Below, in pieces: positions 39,716 to 50,500 of a DNA stretch of 64,000 nt. The stretch's first letter is position 1. Every line of letters begins with the position of its first letter. The translations under genes were made by a program, and so were the position numbers. Under the pieces are notes generated by a model. That model was given only the letters and a program-made list of their open reading frames with translations. It made no database searches and was not told the DNA's origin. This DNA comes from a bacterium (GTDB lineage Bacteria > UBA10199 > 2-02-FULL-44-16 > JAAZCA01): positions 416,001 to 480,000 of the forward strand of contig CAXXGI010000001.1 in the NCBI GenBank assembly GCA_963674695.2, written 5' to 3'.

Positions 39716-39829
39716 GTCATCCCCGCCTGCCCGCCTCCGGCGGGAGTGATTCTATCGGGGATCCAGTCCCGGAAAGTCGTACAACAAAGGCATCTGCCTG
39801 GATTCCCGCCTACCCCATGCGGGAATGAC
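39716..39829. repeat. REP-like doublet (GTCATYCCCGC family) with insertions
   Basis: gtcatccccgc...ggggatccag...ctggattcccgc...gcgggaatgac. Confidence 0.8.
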
Positions 39830-39904
39830 AAAAACAAAAAACAGGTTTCTAGAGATACCCCACAGACGCTTCTCGGTTCTTGATCTTTGGTCCATGGTCT
39901 ATGG

Positions 39905-42900
39905 TCAAAGCGGAGAGATGCCTTCGCGGACATACTTGGCGGCAAAGCCGCCGCCGTCGGCATCGATGAAGATGGGATTGGCCAGCCCCCAGGCGGACGC
40001 ACCCACCCGCGGGTCGGCGTGAAAGGCGGTGAGATCAGCAGGGTCGAAGATCTCGGGCGCATCCTTCGCATCGACGAGCGCATACGTCACGATGGGAAAG
40101 AGCGATCGATACCCCTCGGTGGATGGCGTCCCGCGCGCCATCGCCACCACCCAGGTATCCTCCGCAACGTTCATCTCGAAGGTGACGCTCGCCGTGATCA
40201 CACCCTCCTCTTCCGTCCAATTCTCGAGCGTCCCGTCGGAGAGTTTGAAGCTGCGCTCCGGCTGATAGGTGTAGCGCGGCGTGTGATAGGGTTTATAAAA
40301 TTCAGCGGGATCGGCGGCGGTGCCCTGCATGGGCATGTCGGTCGCGTCATCGACCGGAATGGGTTCCGTGTTGGCGTAGATCTCGATCGTGTCGAACCAT
40401 CCCCAGGAGGGCGCACTCACCTCGACCGTGAAGGTCGCCTTCGATCCTGAAACCGTCCCGCCGATCTCAGCCGAATCGCCATCCGCGCCGACGGCGCGCA
40501 CCATGACGACAGGACCGGCCGAGACCGAAACCCGCAGCGCATTGATGTTGCGTGCATACTCCTCCAGACCGATGGCGTCGTGGCTCCCCCCCATGCCGTC
40601 GCGCGGATCGACCGAGTGTGCGATGAAGTTGCGCGGCAGGCCCATGGGGTTGGCCGCACCTCGATGGCTGTCGGAGTCGGCGGTAGCCGCCACGATCTGG
40701 CCCAAGTTGAGGAGGTTGAACCAGGTCGGAATCGCCGATCGATAGAGCATCTCGGTGTCGTGCAGGTGCATGCCGATCACGAGTTCCACCGCGTTGTAGT
40801 CGGTCGTCATCAACCCCGAGCTTCCGAAGGAAGAGGGAATCCCGCCACTCGCTGCCGGCATGCGCCGCGAGAGCGGATCGGCATAGGTGGAAAGCGGTGC
40901 CACGCCGAACCCCTCTTGATAGAAGGGAGTGGTCACCCAGCCGGTCGCCAACAGCAAGCCCGTGGGGTTATCCATAATGTGGTTGAGCATGATCACTTCT
41001 TCGCCGGGATCCTCGCGCAGCTGTGGAATCATCTCGTCGAGCGTCCAGACGAAATCCGGCGCGGGGGAGACCTCTTCCGCATTCGAGCCGCTCCAATCGA
41101 ACGCCCCGCCCTCGGGATCGGAGGGATCATGGTCGAGCGGGAAGACGTGCAGATGCCCATAGTGATTCGGCGTCACCTCATCGCCCACGGACGTCTGCAT
41201 CGAACCGGGCGGAATGAGACCGCGATCTTCGAGACGCGCGAGCACCGGCGCATAGTCGGTGAGATAGTCGTGATCGGAGGACTGCAAGACGTCGAGCCCC
41301 TCGGCTGCGGCCGAGAGCACGCGCAGCTCATGGTTGAGTTTCGAATCGGGACTCGTGATCGAGTGGACGTGAAAATCGGCGCAGACATATCCGGGTGTGC
41401 GCGCCGCACGTCGCAGCTGCAGGCCGTCGAGCACGGCCTGCCCCCCTGCGGGCACCTCCACGACGCGCTCGTCGCTCGTGTACTCCGGACCATGGCTCAC
41501 GACGATGCGATAGGTCCCCGGCTCCAGGGTGAGCGTGGCGCTCCCGGTGAGATCGAACGTCCCGCGCGCGGTGAGGTATTTCACATCGACGATACCGAAG
41601 CGCTCTTCCCAATGGATGGTGGAACGAAAGCGACCGGCGCTGCCCACCTTGTTGGGACTCGGATCCTCGCCCACAATCGTGAGTCGTGCAGGGATCGCAC
41701 CGCCCGTCTCGGCATCGATGACGGGCCCGGAAAGCATCAGTGATCCGCGCTCGCCGAGCGTGCAGGTGATGCTGGCCGATTCGCGCGTGCTCAGATCGAT
41801 CGTGGCCGGATCGCAGCTGCCCGCATCGGTCGTGCCATTGAGATGATAGCCGAACTTATCCACGACCACCGAATAACGACCGGAACCGAACCCGCGCGAG
41901 ATGACATCGCCGCCGGTGGGAAGGTCGCCGGAAAAACGCCCCTGCGCATCGGTGCGATAGGTGATCACCGCCGCCGCCCCATCCATGATCGCCACCGTCG
42001 CCCCTTGCACGGGCGTGCCGCTGGCATCGACCACGCTTCCGGAGATGGGTCGACGCGCGGCACCGAGCAGACGCAGGCCCTCGTCGAGGACCGAACCGGC
42101 GGAACCGTCGCCGACGACGAAGTAGCTCGTGATCGTACGCGAGGATGAAGGCGCAATGCTGAAATGAATATCCGGTTCGCCGCCGCTTCCCAGGGGAGCG
42201 AGTTTTAAAAACTCCTCACCGAAGATCACGCCGGTGACATCGGAGTAACTCACCGAGGTGGTGGTGTGCGGCTTGCCCGTATCCGGATCGAGGAACTGCT
42301 GCGGATCGAAGAAGTAGCCGTAGGAGACATCGACCTCGTCGAATCCCGCATAGATCACCGCGGGCGTATTCGCGCCCACCTGCGTCATGAGATCGGGCGA
42401 AAAACCCAGCCCCGGCACGAGCATCGAAACCTGTCCGGAGCCGTTGAGAAACGTCCCCATCGGAATCTCGACGGAATCGCTCCCCTCGTTCGTAAAGGTC
42501 GTCTCAATGCGAACACCGCGCGCTCCCGGCTCGAGGATATAGTCGGTGATCACCTCGGCACTCATCGCCTTCAAGTCGCCATAGATGTCGAAGGGGTTTT
42601 TGAGATCATCGAATCGGTTGGAGAAGGTGATCGCCTGACCGGCAACGCCCTCGGCCACATCGCCGATAAAATCCAGATCGAGGTAGTCGTAGACATCGAT
42701 GCGACCCTTGGCACGCAACACTTTTGCTGAACCGTCGGAACCATCGGAGATCACCTCATAGTCATAGGTGTTGACCGTCCACTCGATGTTCACGAGGGGA
42801 AAGAGCGAACCGAAATTATCCTGGCCCGCGCCCGATCGATTGAGATCGGCGTCGATGATATTGCCGCCGAAGGAATTGACGCCCGCATTCTTGCGCGGCT

Positions 42901-43129
42901 TCTGGATGATGACGCGAATGCGCTCGTTGGCGAGCAGCACATCCCCCACACGCCCCTGCGCCATGGGCCCGCCGATGAGATCGCCTTCATCGGTGATCGT
43001 GAGCGGAGTGATCGGATAGGCCGAAAAATTCGGATCCATCGGCGCCACGCCCTTGTCGCAGGCACAAACCCCGACGACCAGGCAGACCACGATCACTATG
43101 TTGTGCCAAGAGTTCTGCATCGTCACCAT
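39905..43129 (-). CDS. CehA/McbA-like PHP metallohydrolase, probable lipoprotein with Ig-like domains
   Basis: ADFHVHS..SPDS, AAEGLD, SDHD, GHLHVFPL, NH, DSDSH, NPIFID; lipobox CACD. Confidence 0.85.
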   Translation of the reverse strand: MVTMQNSWHNIVIVVCLVVGVCACDKGVAPMDPNFSAYPITPLTITDEGDLIGGPMAQGRVGDVLLANERIRVIIQKPRKNAGVNSFGGNIIDADLNRSGAGQDNFGSLFPLVNIEWTVNTYDYEVISDGSDGSAKVLRAKGRIDVYDYLDLDFIGDVAEGVAGQAITFSNRFDDLKNPFDIYGDLKAMSAEVITDYILEPGARGVRIETTFTNEGSDSVEIPMGTFLNGSGQVSMLVPGLGFSPDLMTQVGANTPAVIYAGFDEVDVSYGYFFDPQQFLDPDTGKPHTTTSVSYSDVTGVIFGEEFLKLAPLGSGGEPDIHFSIAPSSSRTITSYFVVGDGSAGSVLDEGLRLLGAARRPISGSVVDASGTPVQGATVAIMDGAAAVITYRTDAQGRFSGDLPTGGDVISRGFGSGRYSVVVDKFGYHLNGTTDAGSCDPATIDLSTRESASITCTLGERGSLMLSGPVIDAETGGAIPARLTIVGEDPSPNKVGSAGRFRSTIHWEERFGIVDVKYLTARGTFDLTGSATLTLEPGTYRIVVSHGPEYTSDERVVEVPAGGQAVLDGLQLRRAARTPGYVCADFHVHSITSPDSKLNHELRVLSAAAEGLDVLQSSDHDYLTDYAPVLARLEDRGLIPPGSMQTSVGDEVTPNHYGHLHVFPLDHDPSDPEGGAFDWSGSNAEEVSPAPDFVWTLDEMIPQLREDPGEEVIMLNHIMDNPTGLLLATGWVTTPFYQEGFGVAPLSTYADPLSRRMPAASGGIPSSFGSSGLMTTDYNAVELVIGMHLHDTEMLYRSAIPTWFNLLNLGQIVAATADSDSHRGAANPMGLPRNFIAHSVDPRDGMGGSHDAIGLEEYARNINALRVSVSAGPVVMVRAVGADGDSAEIGGTVSGSKATFTVEVSAPSWGWFDTIEIYANTEPIPVDDATDMPMQGTAADPAEFYKPYHTPRYTYQPERSFKLSDGTLENWTEEEGVITASVTFEMNVAEDTWVVAMARGTPSTEGYRSLFPIVTYALVDAKDAPEIFDPADLTAFHADPRVGASAWGLANPIFIDADGGGFAAKYVREGISPL

Positions 43130-43385
43130 TATCCCCTCTCGAAGAGAGGCTCGCGTTGTACGGCTGTATCGGCATCTCGCTGAATTTGTTGCGTCTTTAT
43201 TGAACATGCCTGTCCGATGCACGGTGCAGGGCGGCATGGGCATGCCGCGACACGTCGGAGATGCGCTAACATACTGATATATTTGCAATAACATGAATTG
43301 CCCCCGAGGGGAATTCCTTGACGCCGCCCCCACCGATCGCATATGAATCGCTCGCACGCACACCCATTCACCCAGGAGGATCATC

Positions 43386-44477
43386 ATGATCATCGGCGTT
43401 CCCAAGGAGATCAAAACGAAAGAGACGCGCGTGGCCGTCACGCCCGAAGGCGTGAAGCAGTTCGTCGCGGCCGGACACACGGTCTTCGTCGAAAAAAATG
43501 CAGGGGCCCTGTCCGGCTTCAAGGACGAGGACTACACGAGTGCGGGCGCCACGCTCCTGCCGACCGGCAAGGATGTCTGGGACAAGGCCGAGATGATCGT
43601 GAAGGTAAAGGAACCGCTCGAGAGCGAATATAAATATTTCCGCGCCGGCCTCAAGCTCTACACCTATCTGCACCTGGCCAGCGTTCCGCAATTGGCCAAG
43701 GCGCTGTGCGAAGCGAATGTGGAGAGCATCGGCTATGAAACGGTGGAGACCGAAACGGGAAACCTCCCGCTGCTGATCCCGATGAGTGAGGTCGCCGGAC
43801 GCGTCGGCGCGCAGGTCGGAACGTATCTGCTCCACGCCAACCACGGCGGCAAGGGCGTACTCCTCGGTGGCGTCACCGGCACGCGGCCGGGAACGGTCGT
43901 GGTCGTCGGCGGCGGCGTGGTCGGCATCAACGCAGCCGAAGTGGCCTCAGGCCTTCGCGCCGAAACGATCGTCCTCGACATCAGCGACGATCGACTCGCC
44001 TGGATCGAGAAGACCTATCAGGGAAAGATCCGTCCGGTGAAATCGACCGCGCAGTCGATCGCCGAGTGGACGAAAAAGGCCGACCTGCTCGTCGGCGCCG
44101 TGCTCGTCGCGGGCGATCGCGCACCACACGTCGTGACCGAAGAGATGGTGAAAACCATGGAGCCGGGTTCGGTGATCGTTGACGTCGCCATCGACCAGGG
44201 CGGCTGCGTGGAGACGATTCGCGCCACCAGCCACGCAGAGCCGACCTATGTCGCCCACGGCGTCATTCACTATGCCGTTCCCAACATGCCGGCGCTCACA
44301 CCGCACACCTCGACGGAGGCGCTCACCACCGCCACGCTCCCCTACGGTCTGGAACTGGCGACCAAGGGATGGGACAAAGCACTGGCCGACGACGCGGTGC
44401 TGGCCAAGGGCCTGCAGACGAAGAACGGCAAGGTCACGCTGCCGGTGCTGAAGAAACTGTTTCCGGAATTGGCGTAG
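43386..44477 (+). CDS. ald: Alanine dehydrogenase
   Basis: IGVPKEIK.ETRVA, KVKEP, PMSEVAGR, DVAIDQGG, HYAVPNMP. Confidence 0.97.
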   Translation: MIIGVPKEIKTKETRVAVTPEGVKQFVAAGHTVFVEKNAGALSGFKDEDYTSAGATLLPTGKDVWDKAEMIVKVKEPLESEYKYFRAGLKLYTYLHLASVPQLAKALCEANVESIGYETVETETGNLPLLIPMSEVAGRVGAQVGTYLLHANHGGKGVLLGGVTGTRPGTVVVVGGGVVGINAAEVASGLRAETIVLDISDDRLAWIEKTYQGKIRPVKSTAQSIAEWTKKADLLVGAVLVAGDRAPHVVTEEMVKTMEPGSVIVDVAIDQGGCVETIRATSHAEPTYVAHGVIHYAVPNMPALTPHTSTEALTTATLPYGLELATKGWDKALADDAVLAKGLQTKNGKVTLPVLKKLFPELA

Positions 44478-44545
44478 TCTTGTGAGATGGTGAGATGGCT
44501 GAATCGTGAGATGGCGAAACCAGGATAATGACAACCCTTGGATGT

Positions 44546-44571
44546 GTCATCCCCGCGAAAGCGGGGATCTC
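44546..44571. repeat. REP-like single arm
   Basis: gtcatccccgcgaaagcggggatctc. Confidence 0.85.
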
Positions 44572-44583
44572 GACTTAAAAACA

Positions 44584-44613
44584 AAAACCGTCTGCGCGAG
44601 CAGGCGGTTTTTT
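44584..44613. terminator. Probable bidirectional intrinsic terminator between ald and coaX
   Basis: aaaaaccgtctgc-gcga-gcaggcggtttttt. Confidence 0.7.
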
Positions 44614-45364
44614 ATTTCTGGGAATCGTTCCAGGCCAGGCGCAATCCTTCGACGACGAGGTCGGGATGGACGTGTTGGATGCGGGGCAGATGCGGTGCGA
44701 TCGCTCGCGCGCCACCGCCAGTAGCGATGATGACGGGTTTTCCTCCCATCTCATCGAGTATGCGCGCGAGCACACCGTCGATCGCACCGATGAGTCCGAA
44801 GTGGATCCCTGAGGCGATACACGCGCGCGTATTCGTTCCGATCACACGCCGGGGTCGCTTCGCAGAGATCAGCGGCAGCTGCGCGGTGGAATCGGCGAGC
44901 GCCCCCGCCTGCAGCTCGACCCCCGGCAGAATCGCCCCACCGAGGAAGACGCCATCGCTGGAAACCGCATCGAAGGTGACGGCGGTACCGATGTCGACGA
45001 CGATGAGCGCGTGCTCGTAGCGCTCCCATGCCGCGCGCGCAACGAGCAGACGATCGATACCCACCTGACGGGCGGGATAGGAGCCCAGCGGAATCCCGAC
45101 CTCTTTCGGACCCACACGCATGGGCGCAATGCCGAGGAGACGCATGCATTCCCGGCTGATGACACCGGTGCATTCCGGGACGACGCTGGCCAGAGCGCTC
45201 CCCTCCGGCGTGCACCCGGGCTCGAGCGCCCCTTCAAGCTGCGCTGCCAGAGCCTGCCCTGTAGCGACCTGACGCGTCGCCAGCGTCGTGCGCCGCACGA
45301 TCCGCCGCCCCCGAAAGAGCGCCAGATGCACGGTGGAATTGCCGATGTCGATAGCGAGAAACAT
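44612..45364 (-). CDS. coaX: Type III pantothenate kinase
   Basis: IDIGNS, SVVP, VGIDR, VDIGTAVTFD, GGAILPG, ATGG. Confidence 0.95.
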   Translation of the reverse strand: MFLAIDIGNSTVHLALFRGRRIVRRTTLATRQVATGQALAAQLEGALEPGCTPEGSALASVVPECTGVISRECMRLLGIAPMRVGPKEVGIPLGSYPARQVGIDRLLVARAAWERYEHALIVVDIGTAVTFDAVSSDGVFLGGAILPGVELQAGALADSTAQLPLISAKRPRRVIGTNTRACIASGIHFGLIGAIDGVLARILDEMGGKPVIIATGGGARAIAPHLPRIQHVHPDLVVEGLRLAWNDSQK

Positions 45365-45576
45365 ACCACCCTCATACCGCGCGCCAGAAATAATTCAATA
45401 CATTTCAGTCAGTTAGCGCATCCCCTGCAAAAGCGGTCAAAACCCTACCACTGGGAAGGCCGTTTGGAGCGGTAGGAAAATGACCACCTCGTGGCAACGT
45501 CAGGAACCCCTTGACTCTGAAGGGGATATGGCTTAGAGATCGCCGCTCGTCATCACGCTGGAAAGAGAGGAACGGT

Positions 45577-45939
45577 ATGTCGCTCAATCAGAAATACACC
45601 TGGAACGACTTCCTCCGGGACAACCCCGAGATGAAGGAAAAGGGCATCAAGCGCACCAGCTCCGAGGGCAAGAAGGCCTTCGAGGCCGCGTATAAGAAGG
45701 CGATCAAAGACTATCTGGGCAAGCGCGCCGAGCGCTGCGACACCGAGATCGCCAAGGCGACCAAGCGTCGCGATGGACGCATAACAACGCTCAAGACGTG
45801 CCAGCAGATCAAGAACAAGACCAAGCGCAAGATCCGCAGCGGCATCGCGCAGAAGAAGGTCGGAGCCACCGATCACGCGATCGCTGCACTCTCAAAGATA
45901 AAGGAAAAGACCACACAGCTGCAGAAGACGTTCAAGTGA
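45577..45939 (+). CDS. Small Lys/Arg-rich hypothetical protein (120 aa)
   Basis: GAGAGGA RBS, strongly biased codons (AAG, ATC), downstream terminator. Confidence 0.8.
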   Translation: MSLNQKYTWNDFLRDNPEMKEKGIKRTSSEGKKAFEAAYKKAIKDYLGKRAERCDTEIAKATKRRDGRITTLKTCQQIKNKTKRKIRSGIAQKKVGATDHAIAALSKIKEKTTQLQKTFK

Positions 45940-45948
45940 TCCCGATCT

Positions 45949-46042
45949 GTCATTCCCGCGCAGGCAGCCTGCCCGCCGGTTGTGTGGCGGGGGAATCTCG
46001 CTTTTCATGACAAATCGGGATCCCCGTTTTCACGGGGATGAC
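45949..46042. repeat. REP-like doublet with nested 25-nt insert
   Basis: gtcattcccgcgcaggc[agcctgcccgccggttgtgtggcgg]gggaatctcg...cggggatgac. Confidence 0.9.
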
Positions 46043-46066
46043 ACAACCAAGGTTTTTCAGCCGTCT

Positions 46067-46095
46067 AACCGCCTCCGAAACGAGGCGGTTTTTTT
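46067..46095 (+). terminator. Intrinsic terminator
   Basis: aaccgcctc-cgaaac-gaggcggttttttt. Confidence 0.7.
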
Positions 46096-46123
46096 ATGCG
46101 CTCTCAAGAAGAGTCCCTCTCCA

Positions 46124-46235
46124 GGAGGCGCCATGGCATCTGCACCGCGAGGTGGAGGGCGAACCCATTTTTACAGCTTCATCGGAAAAATGGTTTCGCC
46201 CTCCGCCGGGAGGCGCCGTGGCATCTGCGCTGCGA
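46124..46235. repeat. 27-bp direct repeats flanking a hairpin
   Basis: 46124-46150 and 46209-46235 match at 24/27; imperfect inverted repeat 46151-46207 between them. Confidence 0.85.
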
Positions 46236-46255
46236 TGAGGAAATACAGCACGTTT

Positions 46256-47245
46256 TTACGATTGAAGGATCGCGTCGACGAAGGCCTGCGGATCGAAGGG
46301 GCGAAGGTCGTCCATGCCCTCGCCCACACCGATATGCGTGATGGGAATGCCGAGCTGGCCGGCCACGGCGCAGACGATGCCGCCCTTGGCCGTGCCATCG
46401 AGTTTGGTGACGATGGCGCCGGTGAGATCAATCGCTTCGTGAAACTGCCGCGCCTGATTGAGTCCGTTCGATCCCACCGTTGCATCCAGGACGAGCCAGC
46501 GCTCGTGCGGAGCGCCCGGCAGGGCCTTGGCGATCACGCGCCCCACCTTTTTGAGCTCCTCCATCAGATTCACCTTCGTATGCAGACGGCCAGCCGTGTC
46601 GATGAGGACGACGTCATATCCCTTGGCCTTGGCCTTTTCCACGCCGTCGAAGGCGACCGCCGCCGGATCCGCGCCGTGCGCCTGCGCGACGACCTCGACC
46701 TTTAAGCGCTCGCCCCAGACCTGCAATTGTTCGACCGCCGCTGCACGAAAGGTGTCGCCCGCGACGAGGAGCACGCGCTTGCCCTCATTCTGAAAAGCAC
46801 GCGCGAGCTTGGCGATGGTCGTCGTCTTGCCCACGCCGTTCACACCCAACACGAGGATCACGCGCGGGTGTCCCTCGACGGGTCGATGCGAAGAAAAGAG
46901 CGCCGTCAACCGCTGCGCGAGGGCATGTTTGACGGCGGATGCATCCGGCTCCTTCCGAACCGATGCGAGGAGCGTTGCGGTCACATCGATGCCGACGTCC
47001 GCCTCGACGAGCGTTGCTTCCAGATCCGCGAAAAAACGCTCGTCGAGAGTGCCGCGCCCCATCAGGTCATTGAAGCGAGAGGCGATCCGATCGTGTGTGG
47101 ATTTGAGGCCGACGGTCAGCGGGACAGGACCGCTCGCCTTCGGCGATCCCGTGCGTCCGCGCAAGCGCTGCACGACAACGATGATGAGAGCGCCAAAAGC
47201 CACGACGGCGAGGGCCAAACGAATGAGAAAAAGGATATCGGTCAT
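46256..47245 (-). CDS. ftsY: SRP receptor FtsY
   Basis: GVNGVGKTTTIAKLA, DTFRAAA, DTAGR, TKLDGTAKGG, GVGE..DDL. Confidence 0.97.
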   Translation of the reverse strand: MTDILFLIRLALAVVAFGALIIVVVQRLRGRTGSPKASGPVPLTVGLKSTHDRIASRFNDLMGRGTLDERFFADLEATLVEADVGIDVTATLLASVRKEPDASAVKHALAQRLTALFSSHRPVEGHPRVILVLGVNGVGKTTTIAKLARAFQNEGKRVLLVAGDTFRAAAVEQLQVWGERLKVEVVAQAHGADPAAVAFDGVEKAKAKGYDVVLIDTAGRLHTKVNLMEELKKVGRVIAKALPGAPHERWLVLDATVGSNGLNQARQFHEAIDLTGAIVTKLDGTAKGGIVCAVAGQLGIPITHIGVGEGMDDLRPFDPQAFVDAILQS

Positions 47246-47375
47246 AGTGGGTGAGGAGATAGGCGCGTTTCACCCGCGCGTCAAGCACGCTGCACAAGAA
47301 AAGGCCGGGCGAAATCGCCCGGCCCAGACTGCTGACAAAGTCCCTTCATGTTATCATTATCCAAAATCGAAGTTT

Positions 47376-47469
47376 GTCATTCCCGCGAAAGCAGCCTGCC
47401 CGCCGGTTGTGTGGCGGGGGAATCTCGCTTTTTACGGCACATCGAGATCCCCGCTTTCGCGGGGATGAC
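47376..47469. repeat. REP-like doublet with the same nested 25-nt insert
   Basis: gtcattcccgcgaaagc[insert]gggaatctcg...cgagatccccgctttcgcggggatgac. Confidence 0.9.
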
Positions 47470-47555
47470 AACGGCAGAGTTTGTCATCAACCTCGGCCGG
47501 GCTTTCGCCCGGCCGTCTTCCCTTTCAACTTTTCACTTTTAACTTTCAACTGCCT

Positions 47556-50500
47556 TCAAGCGACCGCCGGCTCTTCCTCGCCCTTCTTCTTGTCATTGCC
47601 CAGGCGCACGCTCACCATCTTGGAGACGCCTGCCTCCTCCATGGTGACGCCGTAGAGCAGATCAGCGAGCTCCATCGTGCGCTTGTTGTGCGTGATGAGG
47701 ATGAACTGCGAGTGCGGCGTCATCGACCGGATGAGGTCATTGAAGCGATCGATATTGGCGTCGTCGAGCGGCGCATCGACCTCGTCGAGCAGGCAGAAGG
47801 GGCTGGGCTTGATGAGGAAGATCGAGAAGACCAGCGCCACCGCGGTGAGCGCCTTCTCTCCGCCGGAGAGCAGTGTGATCGACTGCAGCTTTTTCCCCGG
47901 GGGCTGCGCGATGATCTCCACGCCCGTCTCGAGCAGGTTCTCCTCGTCGGTGAGCAGAAGCTTGGCCTTGCCCCCTTTGAAGAGCTTCGGAAAGAGGATG
48001 ACGAACTGTTCGTTGACCGCATCGAAGGCGCGACGAAAGCGCGCGCGGCTGGTGCGATTGATCTTGGCGATCGCCTTGGAGAGGTTCTCGAGCGATGCGG
48101 TGAGATCGCCATGCTGTCGTTCCAGAAACTCGTGACGAACTTTCAGCTCCTCGTATTCTTCGATCGCATCGACATTGACCGAACCGATCTTCTCGAGCGA
48201 CTCCTTGAGCTCGTGCACCGCAACCTCTTCCGCATCAAGATCGATGTCGTCGCGCGCATAGCGCTCCCAGACCTGGGTCAACTCCATATGATAGCGTTCC
48301 CGGATGGAATCGATCAGATAGGTTGCCCGTCCGCGCTCTTCGGTGAGCTTGAGCTCCACCTCGTGGAAACGACTGCGCGCCTCGTCGTGACGACCGCGCG
48401 CCTCACGGATGGCCAACTCACGGTCGCGCATCGAGGTCTGCCCGCTCTCGAAGCGATCGTGGAGCACGCGCTGCGACTCCTTGAGTTTTCCGATGGAACG
48501 AATCGCCAGATCGAGCTCTGCACGCAACGCTTCAATTTCACGGGCCAGGACAACGGCGCGACATTCAGCAACGCGTCGATCGTTCTCGCGCCGATCGATG
48601 CCGAGAATCGTCTCTACCTTTGTACGCACCAACCCCTCAAGCTCACGGGCCGCAGCGGTCTGACGCTCTTCAGCCTGGGCCAGATCCACTTTCAGATCGA
48701 TCAGCCCCCCCTCTTCGCGGGAGAGCTCGTCGGCCAGCATGCGGGCTGAAGCCTGCGCCTCCTGGAGACGTGCACGCGCCGTCTCGCGATCGGTCGTGTG
48801 CTGCGTAAGACGCATGCGCGAATCGGTCTGTTCATGTTCGATGCCCGCCAATTCCTCGGCCAGCGCCGCCGTCTCGACGGTGAGCTGATCGCGCTCCTGA
48901 TCCAAGCGATCGTGCTCGCTCTTGAGGTGTTCGAAATCGCGCTGGCGCCCCAGAAGCTTGAGCTCTTCCCCATGCGCATCGCGACGAATCGCTTCGACCT
49001 GCTCCTCGAGGTGTTTGACCTGTTCGGAACGACGCAGAACCTCGCCTTCGGCAGCCGTGCGCTGGCCGCGCAGGACGCTCAAACGCTCTTCGAGCTCCTT
49101 GGTACGCCGCTTCTGGGCGATGAGCTGCTCTTCAACACCACCGCCGTCGCCACCGCTGATCACACCGGTGGCATCGACCACGCTGCCGTCGCGCGTGACG
49201 AACGTCTGAGAAGAGGACCCCGTTTCCCAGAGGGCAAGTGCGCGCGGCAGATCCTCGACGAGGACGACATCGCGCAGAAGATGCTGGGCGATCAATCGAT
49301 GATCGTCGCTGAAGCGCACGACATCGGTCATGGCACCGACGACCCCTTCGCCGGAAGGAACGCCTTCGCTCGCCGCATCCGCCCGAAGGGTGAGCGGCAC
49401 AAACGTCCCGCGTCCACGCGCAGCCTGCTGGAGATACTCGATCGCCTCCACGCCCGCACTCTGCGACTGCACGACGACATACTGCAGCTTCTCGCCCAGG
49501 ACCGCCGCGAGCGCCTGCTCGTATTCGGGTTCGGTCTCGAGCAGATCGCCCACCGTCCCCATGACGCCGGAGAGTTTCTCGCCATCGGTATCGGTGCGCT
49601 CGAGCACCGCTTTGACGCCTTCCTTGTATCCTTCCAAATTCTTGCGCAGCTCGCGCAGCGATTCGAGTTTTGAGCGCACATCGGATTCTTCCGACCGCAC
49701 GCACTGGAACTGTTCTTCCGCCCCGGACAACGCCTCGCGCTGCTGCACGAGCGTTGCCGCTGCCGTCTCCGATTCGCCCTCGAGCTTGAATTTGAGTTGT
49801 TTTGCCCCCGCGAGCTCGCGTTCGCGCTCGGTGAGTTCACCATCGATCTGTTTACGCCGACGATCGATCGCGTCGATCTGCGACTGATCCCTGGCCACGC
49901 GTCCGTTGAGATCCACATGCCGACGTTCGAGCTGCGTGAGCGTCGCCTCGAAATTGGCAATCGCCTCGCCGTCACTGGAGATCGCAGCAGCCAGCTGCTC
50001 GCATTCGGCGACCATCTCCCCATGCTGCCCACGAACGCCCGCCACCTTCTCTTCGAGGGTGACCACCACGCTCGTGGAGCCGGCCAGCTGAAGATCCGCA
50101 CGCGCCAGCGCCGTGTTGGCCGCTTCGATGCGACGATCGATATCGGCGCGACGCTCGCGCAGATCAACGAGTTCCTGATCCAACTCATCGCGCCGACGCG
50201 CGGTCGCGGTGCGCTCCTGAGTCCGGTGTTCAATGCCCGCTTCAGCGAGCCGGATCTGTTGCTGCACGCTGTAGAGCTGCTGCTGCACGCCGTCGAGCTG
50301 GCCTTCTACCTCGGCCAGAGAGAGCTTTGCCGACTCGAGGTCCGCCTCGAGCTGTCCCAGCTCGGCCTGCGCCGCCGTCTCCATTTCATTCAGACGCGTG
50401 CTGTCGCCCTCGAGATCCGTGAGCTCCTGGCGAAGTTCGCGATAGCGCGTGGAGGCCACCGCCAACTCGCGCTCGGCCAACTCGTCGTTGATGCGTTTAT

